From the NCBI GenBank assembly GCA_043810025.1, contig JBDRON010000056.1:19377-83376 (forward strand): a stretch of DNA of 64,000 bases. The letters are read 5' to 3'. The notes under the pieces are model-generated. The model made no database searches and was not told the DNA's origin. It was given only the letters and a program-made list of their open reading frames with translations. Source of the stretch: Elusimicrobiota bacterium (GTDB lineage Bacteria; Elusimicrobiota; JBDRON01). The position numbers and the translations under genes are program-made. The stretch's first letter is position 1; each line of letters begins with the position of its first letter. Shown here piece after piece: positions 9,511 through 18,358 of the stretch.

Positions 9511-11466
9511 ATGAACTATATCTACCTTGTTCCTCTGCTCCCGTTGTTTAGCGCTGTTTTGATTTTCTTTTTTGGCCGCTGGCTGCCCAAAAAAGGGGCG
9601 GTTGTTGGTATTTTGGCGATTGGAGCCTCGGCGCTGATCTCGCTGGTCGCTTTTGCCCAAACACTTTTGGGGTTGCCCTGTTTCCGGGAAGAGAGCTGGC
9701 TGTGGTTCCGCAGTGGTTCGATCAGTTTGGAAGTTGGCTTGTTGGTGGATGGGCTGAGCCTGGTGATGCTTTTGGTCGTGACGATCGTCAGTTTGCTGGT
9801 CCAGATTTATTCACTGGGGTACATGAAGGATGACCCGCGCTTTAAACGGTATTATGCTTATTTGTCTTTATTCACTTTCTCGATGTTGGGGCTGGTCTTA
9901 GCCAACAATTTTTTACAGCTGTTTATTTGTTGGGAACTCGTCGGGGTATGCTCGTATTTACTGATTGGCTTTTGGTTTGAGAAAAAATCGGCCGCGGAGG
10001 CCGGCAAAAAAGCTTTTATTACCACCAAGATCGGTGATTTGGGATTTTATCTCGGGATGTTTTTAATTTTTGCGGCAGGCGGCACATTCCATTTTGGCCA
10101 GCTTTCTTTAGCGGCGGAAAATGGTGTTTTTAGCGCGCAGTTGGCGACCTGGATCAGTTTGTTGATTTTTTGCGGAGCGGTGGGGAAATCCGCCCAGTTC
10201 CCGCTTCATGTCTGGCTGCCGGATGCGATGGAAGGCCCCACTCCGGTATCGGCCTTAATTCATGCGGCGACGATGGTCGCGGCTGGGGTTTATTTAGTGG
10301 CCCGCTGTTATTTTATTTTCAGTCTTTCCGGCACGGCCTTAATTGTCGTGGCTTCGATCGGCATTTTTACGGCGTTTCTCGCCGCGACGATGGCTTTAAC
10401 GGCTAACGATATTAAACAGGTGTTGGCTTATTCGACAATTAGTCAATTAGGTTATATGATGATGGCTTTGGGTGTGGGCGGTTATACGGCCGGAATATTC
10501 CATTTAACCACCCATGCTTTTTTTAAGGCTTTGCTCTTTCTCGGCGCCGGCAGTGTGATTCACGCCATGCATACTAACGATCTTTGGCAGATGGGCGGGT
10601 TGTGGGAAAAAATGAAGCTCACGGCTTTTACTTTTTTTGTCGCCGCTCTATCCATCTCTGGGATTCCGCCGTTCAGCGGTTTTTATTCCAAGGATGAGAT
10701 CCTCCTGGCCGCTTATCGGTCTGGGCATACTTTTATTTATTTTCTAGCCACTCTGGTGGCCGGAATGACCTCTTTTTACATGTTCCGGCTTTACTTCCTC
10801 GCTTTTACCGGTAAACCGCGGAATAAGGAAAAGTATGAACACGCTCACGAGTCGCCGCTTTCCATGACGATTCCTTTAGTGGTTTTAGCCTTTTTTTCGG
10901 TTTTTCTGGGGATGCTGGCCCTGGTTAAATTTAAATATTCCCAGCCAGCCCAAACTATTTTTCAATATTTTGTCAGTTGGCCGGGGTTGGCGGAGGAACA
11001 TGAAAGTTTGCCGGTGATGTTGGTTTCGATTGCGGTTGCCGGGTTGGGGATTTTTCTGGCTTACTCATTTTATTGCCGGAAATGGTTTGCCCCGGAAAGA
11101 CTGGCTGAGCGCTTGCCGGCAGTTTATAAAATATTAGTTAATAAATATTATCTGGATGAGATTTATTTGAAATTTGTGGTGCGTCCCCTGATGGCTTTTG
11201 CCGGCGCTCTATCCCATTTTGATTGGCGGGTAATTGACAGCTTTTTTGTCGACGGCAGCGCCTGGCTGGTAATCAAACTCAGTTTGATTAAAGATTGGAT
11301 TGACCGATGGATTATTGACAAAACAGTGGATGGATTGGGTTTTATTACTGTCGGGGCGGGTAAAATTCTGCAGTTCACTCAGACCGGTCAAATCCAAAAT
11401 TATTTATTAATGATCGTCCTCGGTCTGGGAATAATGGTAGTACTAAAAATATTCTTCGGGATGTAA
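9511..11466 (+). CDS. nuoL: NADH-quinone oxidoreductase subunit L (antiporter-like)
   Basis: About 650-aa Mrp/antiporter-like subunit with long C-terminal amphipathic extension; conserved AKSAQFPLHVWLPDAMEGPTPVSALIHAATMV. Confidence 0.92.
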   Translation: MNYIYLVPLLPLFSAVLIFFFGRWLPKKGAVVGILAIGASALISLVAFAQTLLGLPCFREESWLWFRSGSISLEVGLLVDGLSLVMLLVVTIVSLLVQIYSLGYMKDDPRFKRYYAYLSLFTFSMLGLVLANNFLQLFICWELVGVCSYLLIGFWFEKKSAAEAGKKAFITTKIGDLGFYLGMFLIFAAGGTFHFGQLSLAAENGVFSAQLATWISLLIFCGAVGKSAQFPLHVWLPDAMEGPTPVSALIHAATMVAAGVYLVARCYFIFSLSGTALIVVASIGIFTAFLAATMALTANDIKQVLAYSTISQLGYMMMALGVGGYTAGIFHLTTHAFFKALLFLGAGSVIHAMHTNDLWQMGGLWEKMKLTAFTFFVAALSISGIPPFSGFYSKDEILLAAYRSGHTFIYFLATLVAGMTSFYMFRLYFLAFTGKPRNKEKYEHAHESPLSMTIPLVVLAFFSVFLGMLALVKFKYSQPAQTIFQYFVSWPGLAEEHESLPVMLVSIAVAGLGIFLAYSFYCRKWFAPERLAERLPAVYKILVNKYYLDEIYLKFVVRPLMAFAGALSHFDWRVIDSFFVDGSAWLVIKLSLIKDWIDRWIIDKTVDGLGFITVGAGKILQFTQTGQIQNYLLMIVLGLGIMVVLKIFFGM

Positions 11467-11513
11467 TAGTTAAATTGAAGTTTTTTAAGATAAAATTGAA
11501 TGATTTTGGAAAA

Positions 11514-11572
11514 GTAGGGCAGGGCTTTAGCTCTGCGTTTTTTAAAGATGCAAGCCTAAAGGCTTGCCCTAC
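11514..11572. repeat. Family C nested-hairpin element (GTAG...CTAC bounded), copy C1
   Basis: GTAGGGCAGGGCTTTAGCTCTGCGTTTTTTAAAGATGCAAGCCTAAAGGCTTGCCCTAC; outer stem GTAGGGCA/TGCCCTAC enclosing two inner hairpins; between nuoL and nuoM. Confidence 0.65.
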
Positions 11573-11628
11573 ATTTTAAATCTAGTTTTAATTTTCCGAA
11601 TTAATCGGATTATCTAGGGAGAAAACAG

Positions 11629-13110
11629 ATGGGTATACTGACGGCAATAACTTTTTTACCTCTAATTGGAGCGATAATAATCTTATTTGTTCCTAAAACA
11701 AGAACCGGTTTAATTCAACTGCTGGCGATGGCTTTTTCTCTGGCCACCCTGGGACTTTGCGGCTGGTTGTATTACGCCTTTGATCGGACCACGGCCAGCA
11801 TGCAATTCGTGGAACAATGTTCCTGGATTCCTAATCTGAATGTTGAATATTTTCTTGGTGTCGACGGGCTTTCCGTGCCGCTGATTATTTTGACCGCGCT
11901 GCTGTCTTTATTGTCGATTGTCTACTCTTATTCGATTAAGGAACGGGTTAAAGAATATTTCTTTTTCTTTTTGCTTTTAGAGACCGGGATGCTCGGGGTT
12001 TTTGCGGCCCTGGATTTCTTTCTTTTTTATATGTTTTGGGAAATCAGTCTGGTGCCGATGTATTTTCTCATCGGGATCTGGGGTGGGCCGAAAAAAGAAT
12101 ATGCGGCGATAAAATTTTTCCTCTATACGCTTTTTGGCAGTGTGTTTATGCTTTTGGCGATTCTGGCTTTGTATTTTAAATCCGATCCGCATACATTTAA
12201 CATGATCACGCTGATTGGCCAATATAAGAATTCCTGGACCTTCCCCTTTCAGATGTTGGTGTTTTTAGCTTTTTATTTGGCTTTTGCGATTAAGGTCCCG
12301 ATTTTTCCCTTCCATACCTGGCTGCCGCTGGCCCATGTGGAAGCTCCGACGGCGGGCAGTGTAATTCTGGCGGGAATTTTGCTGAAGATGGGTGTTTATG
12401 GTCTGTTGCGGGTAAATTATACAATTTTACCGGAGATGGCTGTTTATTTTGCCTTACCCCTGGCCATCTTGGCTTTGATTAACATCGTCTACGGCGCTTT
12501 GGTGGCGATGGCGCAGCAGGATTTGAAAAAGATGGTGGCCTACTCTTCAATTAGCCATATGGGTTATTGTTTGTTGGGGATGGCCGCTCTGACCACTACC
12601 GGGTTTAACGGAGCGGTCTTTCAAATGATTAACCATGGGGTAATTACCGGCGCTTTATTCTTGCTGGTTGGAGTAATTTATGAACGGACGCATACCCGTC
12701 AGCTTAACGATTTTGGCGGTTTGGGAGCCAGACTTCCCGTCTATACCGGGATTATGGTTACCGCCACTCTAGCCTCGTTAGGTTTGCCCGGATTAGCCGG
12801 TTTTGTCAGCGAGTTGATGTGTCTTTTGGGGGCTTTTATGGGTAAAACGCCGCTGATTCAATTGATCACCATTATCGCGATCAGCGGTATCGTGATTACT
12901 GCCGCCTTTTTCCTCTGGATGATTCAGAAGGTTTTTCTGGGACCGTTAAAAGAAACCTGGGCGAATTTGACCGACATGACTGCCCGGGAGCTTCTTTGTC
13001 TCGTTCCTCTGGTAATCTTGATGCTGCTGCTGGGAATTTTTCCAAAATTTGCCGTCGATTTAATGGATGTAACCATGACTCATCTGGCGAATATGTTGGG
13101 AAACATTTAA
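11629..13110 (+). CDS. nuoM: NADH-quinone oxidoreductase subunit M
   Basis: 493-aa antiporter-like subunit (FPFHTWLPLAHVEAPTAGSVILAGILLKMG); GGGAG RBS before the start. Confidence 0.92.
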   Translation: MGILTAITFLPLIGAIIILFVPKTRTGLIQLLAMAFSLATLGLCGWLYYAFDRTTASMQFVEQCSWIPNLNVEYFLGVDGLSVPLIILTALLSLLSIVYSYSIKERVKEYFFFFLLLETGMLGVFAALDFFLFYMFWEISLVPMYFLIGIWGGPKKEYAAIKFFLYTLFGSVFMLLAILALYFKSDPHTFNMITLIGQYKNSWTFPFQMLVFLAFYLAFAIKVPIFPFHTWLPLAHVEAPTAGSVILAGILLKMGVYGLLRVNYTILPEMAVYFALPLAILALINIVYGALVAMAQQDLKKMVAYSSISHMGYCLLGMAALTTTGFNGAVFQMINHGVITGALFLLVGVIYERTHTRQLNDFGGLGARLPVYTGIMVTATLASLGLPGLAGFVSELMCLLGAFMGKTPLIQLITIIAISGIVITAAFFLWMIQKVFLGPLKETWANLTDMTARELLCLVPLVILMLLLGIFPKFAVDLMDVTMTHLANMLGNI

Positions 13111-14517
13111 ATGAATATATTATTTTTACCGGAATTGATTATTTGTATGACTTTACTGGTTGTGTTGGGGGTGGATTTATTTATTCCTTCCCGCCATCAG
13201 CCGAAGTTGTATCTGGTTTCTTTGGCTGGGGTAATCCTGGCTTTTTTAGCGGTGGTCTATCTCTGGAGCAGCGGTAAAGAAGGGGCGATGTTTTACCAGT
13301 TTTTTCTTGCTGATAATTTTGCCTATTTTATTAAAGCGCTGATTCTAATTACCGTATTTTTTGTTTTGATTATTTCTTACCCTTACCAGCCGCTGAGCGA
13401 AAGCAAATATTTGGCCGAGTATCAGTTTTTGCTGCTCGGGGCCACCTTGGGGATGTTCCTACTGGTTAGCGCGCAGAATTTATTGATGATTTTCCTGGCT
13501 TTAGAATTGGTGGGAATTGCTTCCTATATCCTGGTCGGTTTTATCCGGAAAGACGTTCTTTCCAACGAAGCGGCGATAAAATATTTTCTCATCGGAACTT
13601 TTTCCTCAGGGATAATGATTTTCGGGATGTCTTTGTTTTACGGGTTAACCGGCGACATCTCCCTTTTTGATCTGGGTGGTAAAATTAGTCAGGGTCCGCT
13701 GGTTATTTTTTCTTTACTCTGCATTACTGCGGGGTTGGGTTTTAAAATTTCCCTGGTACCTTTTCATTTCTGGGCGCCGGACGCTTATCAGGGGGCGCCC
13801 ACACCGATTACCGCTTTTCTTTCTTTAGCTCCCAAGATGGCCGGGTTAGCGATAATTCTGCGGTTTTTTGACACCTTCATTCCTTTGGATAAAATTAATT
13901 TTAATCTGCTTTTTGCTTTTCTGGCCGCGGTGACCATGACGGTCGGAAATTTAATGGCGATTCAGCAGACAAACATTAAACGGCTGCTGGCCTATTCTTC
14001 GATCGCTCAGATCGGGTATTTGCTGGTGGGATTTGTGGTAGTGGATAGTTTTGGTAAACAGGGGATGATGGTTTATTTAACGGCTTATCTTTTCACCAAC
14101 CTGGGAGCGTTCAGCTGCGTGATTGCCGTTTCCAATAAACTGTTTTCCAATGAGATTAAAGATTATGCGGGGTTGGCTCACCGCTCTTTAGGTTTGGCTT
14201 TGATGATGTTTGTGTTTTTGCTTTCTCTGGCCGGGTTACCGCCGATGGGAGGATTTTTAGGGAAGTTTTTGGTCTTCGGCTCAGCGATAAAAACCGGCTA
14301 TTTGTGGTTGGCCGTTTTCGGCATCTTGAACAGCGTCGTTTCAGTCTACTACTATTTTCGGGTTGTCTACCGGATGTTTTTTCAGTTTCCCGCCGACCAA
14401 AACAGGTTAGTGGTATCTCCGGTGATTAATCTGGTTATTGCGGTTAGCGGGATCATGGTTTTGCTCATCGGCCTTTATCCAAACCCGCTGATTCAGTTGA
14501 TCAGCTGGTGGAAGTGA
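13111..14517 (+). CDS. nuoN: NADH-quinone oxidoreductase subunit N
   Basis: 468-aa antiporter-like subunit (VPFHFWAPDAYQGAPTPITAFLS); start abuts the nuoM stop. Confidence 0.92.
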   Translation: MNILFLPELIICMTLLVVLGVDLFIPSRHQPKLYLVSLAGVILAFLAVVYLWSSGKEGAMFYQFFLADNFAYFIKALILITVFFVLIISYPYQPLSESKYLAEYQFLLLGATLGMFLLVSAQNLLMIFLALELVGIASYILVGFIRKDVLSNEAAIKYFLIGTFSSGIMIFGMSLFYGLTGDISLFDLGGKISQGPLVIFSLLCITAGLGFKISLVPFHFWAPDAYQGAPTPITAFLSLAPKMAGLAIILRFFDTFIPLDKINFNLLFAFLAAVTMTVGNLMAIQQTNIKRLLAYSSIAQIGYLLVGFVVVDSFGKQGMMVYLTAYLFTNLGAFSCVIAVSNKLFSNEIKDYAGLAHRSLGLALMMFVFLLSLAGLPPMGGFLGKFLVFGSAIKTGYLWLAVFGILNSVVSVYYYFRVVYRMFFQFPADQNRLVVSPVINLVIAVSGIMVLLIGLYPNPLIQLISWWK

Positions 14518-14527
14518 GGGAGTGTAT

Positions 14528-14650
14528 AGGAAATTAGAAGTTTGTTGAAGTGTTCCCCCTTTTGAAAGGGGGATGAAGGGGGATTTTAAAATATTGATAA
14601 AATCTCCCCTACCCCTCTTTTTAAAGAGGGAAAAAAACGTCACAGGTGTG
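14528..14650 (+). repeat. Family A triple-hairpin REP-like element, copy A1
   Basis: GAAATTAGAAGTTTGTTGAAGTGTT-CCCCCTTTTGAAAGGGGG-ATGAAGGGGGATTTT...AAATCTCCCCTA-CCCCTCTTTTTAAAGAGGG-AAAAAAACGTCACAG; three consecutive stem-loops; immediately downstream of nuoN. Confidence 0.7.
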
Positions 14651-14690
14651 TAAAGTTCTGAACGTAGCTCGGAACAACTTAGGGGGGATT

Positions 14691-15470
14691 ATGGTCTTGG
14701 TTTTTGATATTGGCAATACCCAGGTTACGGTTGGTTTATTTGAGAAGGATGAGGTGGTTGGCTGCTGGAGTGTTTCCAGCGATGAAAAAAAAACAGCTGA
14801 TGAATACGGGATAACCCTGCGGATGTTGTTGAAGAATAATTTAGCAGGCAAGGCTTCTTTAGAAGGGGTGGTTATCTGTTCGGTTGTTCCCGGTTTAACC
14901 CCGGTTTTTGAGAAAGCCGCTAAAAGTTATTTCTCCTGTTCGGCGCTGATAATTTCTTCAAAATTAAACCTGCCGATGAAAATTTTGGTTGATTATCCCA
15001 AAGAAGTCGGAGCAGACCGGCTGGCTAATGCGGTTGCCGTGCAGAAATTGGGGTATACCCCGGCGATTGTTATCGACATGGGAACAGCGACAACTTTTGA
15101 TGTCGTCGATTCCTCCGGCGGCTATTGGGGCGGGGTGATTGCTCCCGGGATGGAAATCTCCATTCAGTCCCTGGCGAAGAAAACCACTCAGCTTCCCAAA
15201 ATTGAATTGAATGTTCCGCAAAACGCGTTAGGAAGAAATACCCGCGAATGCATTGTGTCCGGAATTTATTGGGGTACAATTGGGCAGATCAAAGAAATTA
15301 TTCAGCGGCTGCAAACAGAGTTAAGTCCGCAGATTGGCGGTAGGGAATTTAAGGTTGTCCTAACCGGCGGTTTGTCTTCTCTGGTTACTCCCAATCTGGA
15401 AAAAGTATATTTGGTTGATCCTTATTTAACCTTACGCGGGATTAAGTTTATTTGGGATACGAATCATTGA
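14691..15470 (+). CDS. coaX: type III pantothenate kinase
   Basis: N-terminal MVLVFDIGNTQVTVGLF and ASKHD-fold motifs (IVIDMGTATTFDVV); AGGGGGG RBS before ATG 14691 (the track start 14646 lies inside the repeat). Confidence 0.85.
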   Translation: MVLVFDIGNTQVTVGLFEKDEVVGCWSVSSDEKKTADEYGITLRMLLKNNLAGKASLEGVVICSVVPGLTPVFEKAAKSYFSCSALIISSKLNLPMKILVDYPKEVGADRLANAVAVQKLGYTPAIVIDMGTATTFDVVDSSGGYWGGVIAPGMEISIQSLAKKTTQLPKIELNVPQNALGRNTRECIVSGIYWGTIGQIKEIIQRLQTELSPQIGGREFKVVLTGGLSSLVTPNLEKVYLVDPYLTLRGIKFIWDTNH

Positions 15471-15516
15471 GGAAGAAAATTCCTGGTTAGCGAGAACTGA
15501 TTTCTTGTGCTATGTG

Positions 15517-15580
15517 TTGTAGGGAACGGTTTTTTAAAGAGGGAAAAAAACGTTACAGACAGGTAAAGTTCCGAGCGAAG
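15517..15580 (+). repeat. Composite repeat: Family D head (GTTGTAGGGAACGG) fused to a Family A 3' tail (TTAAAGAGGGAAAAAAACGTTACAGACAGGTAAAGTTCCGAGCG)
   Basis: The tail matches A1 positions about 14620-14665 almost base for base; the head matches D1/D2. Confidence 0.55.
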
Positions 15581-15684
15581 TGAGGACTAACTTAATTGAT
15601 AAATGAAGGCAAAAAAGCTTTTTTGACTAACTTGTGGATACTGTGGATAAGGTTGTGGATAACTATTACATACAAAAGAACACA

Positions 15685-15770
15685 GGTCATGAGTTGTGGG
15701 TCGTGGGTTGTGAGCTTAAAAGAATCGAGTCTTTTAATCTCAAGACTCATGACTCATAACCCATGACTTA
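15685..15770. repeat. Family B palindrome, copy B3
   Basis: GGTCATGAGTTGTGGGTCGTGGGTTGTGAGCTTAAAAGAATCGAGTCTTTTAATCTCAAGACTCATGACTCATAACCCATGACTTA; upstream of bamA. Confidence 0.7.
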
Positions 15771-15895
15771 TTTCGGGAATTTCGCAGGCAATCGCGGTTC
15801 TAGGGATCATAGTTCTGGTTTGACTTTTGCTGTAAAAATGGTAAGATAAATTAAACTAAACTATTATAAATTGGATTACAAGGAGTTTACTTAAG

Positions 15896-18229
15896 ATGAA
15901 AAAGCTACTGGTTTATTTTAACATAATTTGTTTTTTGTTTGGTCTTTTTCCGACCGCTGTCTTCGCCGAGACCGTCGATGTCTACACTGGAAAAAAAATC
16001 CGGGCAATAGAGATTAAGGGAAATAGAAATGTTAAGGAGAGCGCTATCCGGGAAAAAATGAAGTTGAGTAAAGGTGATTTCTATAATCAAGGAAGTGTCG
16101 ATGAAGATATTCAAAAAATTAATGAATTGGGTTTGTTCGACGAGGTTAAGGTTGATCTGGAAGAAGTGAAGAAAGGGGTGAAACTGATTTATTATTTGGT
16201 GGAAAAACCGATTATTAAAAAAATTGAGTTTAAGGGTAATAAAAAATTTCCTAACCGCCGGTTAAAAGAAAAAATTGCCAGTAAAGAAGAGGAGTCTTAT
16301 AACAAAACCAGAGTTGAAGATGATCTTGGCAAGCTGATCATTTTTTACAAAGATGAAGGTTATAGCGAGGTTAAAGTCGAAGCTTTTCCGGCTGTCGATG
16401 AAAAAACAAATCAAGCGGTGATAACCTTTTTTATTCGGGAAGGCAAACAGGTTTTAGTTGATAAAGTCCTTTTGAGCGGAACAAAAGATTTTAGCGCCAA
16501 GAAAGTGCTTAAAGGGATGAAACTGCGCAGGAAAAAGGTTTTTAAAGAAGATACTCTGCGGGCGGATATCAAGGAGATAGAAAGTTTTTATAAAAATCGC
16601 GGGTATTTGCAAGTGACGGTTGTCGAACCACAGATTACTTACAATAAGGAGCGGACAAAAGTCAGTATCGAAATAAAAGTTGTTGAGGGCAGGAAATTCA
16701 GGTTTGGAGCTATTACTTTTGAAGGGAGCAGTTTGTACCCGGAAAAAAAATTATTGACTAACCTTACCTTTAAACCCGGGCAGATTTTTTCCCAGCAGGA
16801 ACTGGACAAAAGTGTGGAAAATGTTCATCAGCTTTATTATAGCAAAGGATATCTGCGCTCGTTGGTGGAAGCTAAACAAGATGTGCAAGAGATTGCCGGT
16901 ATTTTAAATGTGGCCGTCAATATTACTGAGGGCGGGATTGTTTATATCGATCGGATTTATATTGAAGGCAATACCTTCACCAAAGATTATGTGCTCCGCC
17001 GGGAACTGCTGGTTAAGGAAGGGGATCCGTTTGATTTAACTAAAATTAAACGCAGTCAGGAAAAACTTTACAATTTGGGATTTTTAAAAGAGGTGTCGAT
17101 AGACATTCAAGAAACACCGGTTGAGGATAAGGCCGACTTGGCCATTGATATTAAAGAAGACAAGCCGGGAATTTTAACCATGGGCGCGGGCTATTCTTCC
17201 GTGGACCGGTTTTCCGGAACCTTGCAGGTTTCCCATGTCAATATGTTTGGCCTGGGCCAGCGTCTTAACCTGCTCTGGGAGTTCGGCCAGCGCAAACAGA
17301 ATTATGAAATCGGTTTTACTGAGCCCTGGATCTTCAGTAACCCGATTTATGCCGAAAGTCCTTCGGCTTTGTTTCGTTGGTTAAATCGCCATCAAACCAC
17401 CGCCGGTTTCGGTGTTTTTAACACGATTCGCAAAAGGCAGTATGGCACGGAGTCCGATGCTTATAAAGAACAGCGCCGGGGTGGAGATTTGCGCTTGGGC
17501 CGCAGTTTTACTGATTTCGTTTCGGGAAACCTTACATACTCTTATGAAGAAATAAAGCTATTTGATTCTATCGTGACCGATGTTAAACCTTCTCTGGCGG
17601 TTACCTCCAGCATTTCGTCCGGGTTATCCCGGGATAGCCGCGATAACATTTTTGATGCGGCCCGCGGGTCCCGAAATAGTGTTTCAGTGGAACTGGCCGG
17701 CGGTCCGGTTGGCGGGAATGTGCATTTCTACCGGCCGAGCGTTACCTCTTCCTGGTTTTTTCCGACCTTTTGGAAGTTTGTGTTTTCCACCAATTTGCGC
17801 TTGGGTCTGATTCGCTCTTTTCCACCATCATCAGAAATACCGGTCTATGAGCGGTACTATGTGGGTGGGGCGGATACGGTGCGCGGCTATGACTACCGCG
17901 GGCAAATCGGCCCTCAGGAAGGCGGCAATATCATGAGCGTGGTGAATGCTGAATACAAGTTTCCTTTTGTCGAAGAAGGCGGTCGGACAATATTGCAGGG
18001 AGCCTTCTTCTTTGATTTGGGCGGCGCCTGGCGGAACTTTCGGGATATAAGGTTAGCTCTGGGTAACGAAGAACTGAATTGGAAAGCCGGGGTGGGTTTC
18101 GGGATCCGGATTTTTGTGATGGCGGTATTCCCGATCAGGCTGGACTGGGGCTATGGTTTAAATCATCGCCGGGACATTCAAAAAGCCAGCCGTCACCAGT
18201 TCTACTTTACCATCGGCCAGGTGTTTTAA
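15896..18229 (+). CDS. bamA: outer membrane protein assembly factor BamA
   Basis: 777 aa; N-terminal signal peptide, repeated POTRA-like segments (IEFKGNKKF..., ITFEGSSLY..., IYIEGNTFT...); C-terminal beta-barrel ending ...FYFTIGQVF; followed by skp-lpxD. Confidence 0.9.
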   Translation: MKKLLVYFNIICFLFGLFPTAVFAETVDVYTGKKIRAIEIKGNRNVKESAIREKMKLSKGDFYNQGSVDEDIQKINELGLFDEVKVDLEEVKKGVKLIYYLVEKPIIKKIEFKGNKKFPNRRLKEKIASKEEESYNKTRVEDDLGKLIIFYKDEGYSEVKVEAFPAVDEKTNQAVITFFIREGKQVLVDKVLLSGTKDFSAKKVLKGMKLRRKKVFKEDTLRADIKEIESFYKNRGYLQVTVVEPQITYNKERTKVSIEIKVVEGRKFRFGAITFEGSSLYPEKKLLTNLTFKPGQIFSQQELDKSVENVHQLYYSKGYLRSLVEAKQDVQEIAGILNVAVNITEGGIVYIDRIYIEGNTFTKDYVLRRELLVKEGDPFDLTKIKRSQEKLYNLGFLKEVSIDIQETPVEDKADLAIDIKEDKPGILTMGAGYSSVDRFSGTLQVSHVNMFGLGQRLNLLWEFGQRKQNYEIGFTEPWIFSNPIYAESPSALFRWLNRHQTTAGFGVFNTIRKRQYGTESDAYKEQRRGGDLRLGRSFTDFVSGNLTYSYEEIKLFDSIVTDVKPSLAVTSSISSGLSRDSRDNIFDAARGSRNSVSVELAGGPVGGNVHFYRPSVTSSWFFPTFWKFVFSTNLRLGLIRSFPPSSEIPVYERYYVGGADTVRGYDYRGQIGPQEGGNIMSVVNAEYKFPFVEEGGRTILQGAFFFDLGGAWRNFRDIRLALGNEELNWKAGVGFGIRIFVMAVFPIRLDWGYGLNHRRDIQKASRHQFYFTIGQVF

Positions 18230-18232
18230 TAG

Positions 18233-18328
18233 TGCAAAACGCAAAGCGCAAAACGCAAAATGCAAAGTCAAAAGCATCGAGTCTTTAAAAGTCCTTAAGT
18301 TTTGCGCTTTGCGCATTGAGTTTTACGC
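18233..18328. repeat. Family B-type palindrome, copy B4 (arms built from GCAAAAC heptamers)
   Basis: TGCAAAACGCAAAGCGCAAAACGCAAAATGCAAAGTCAAAAGCATCGAGTCTTTAAAAGTCC...TTTTGCGCTTTGCGCATTGAGTTTTACGC; same centre as B1-3 but different arm heptamers. Confidence 0.65.
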
Positions 18329-18358
18329 TATTATGTTTGTTGGGGGGGAGTCAAAAAT

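Noticed and set aside
15896-15905. Apparent mismatch between my hand-indexed position of the bamA ATG and the ORF-track start coordinate
   Set aside because: The discrepancy is one base and the ORF-track frame is self-consistent with the stop codon at 18227-18229. It is attributed to my manual indexing rather than to a sequence feature.
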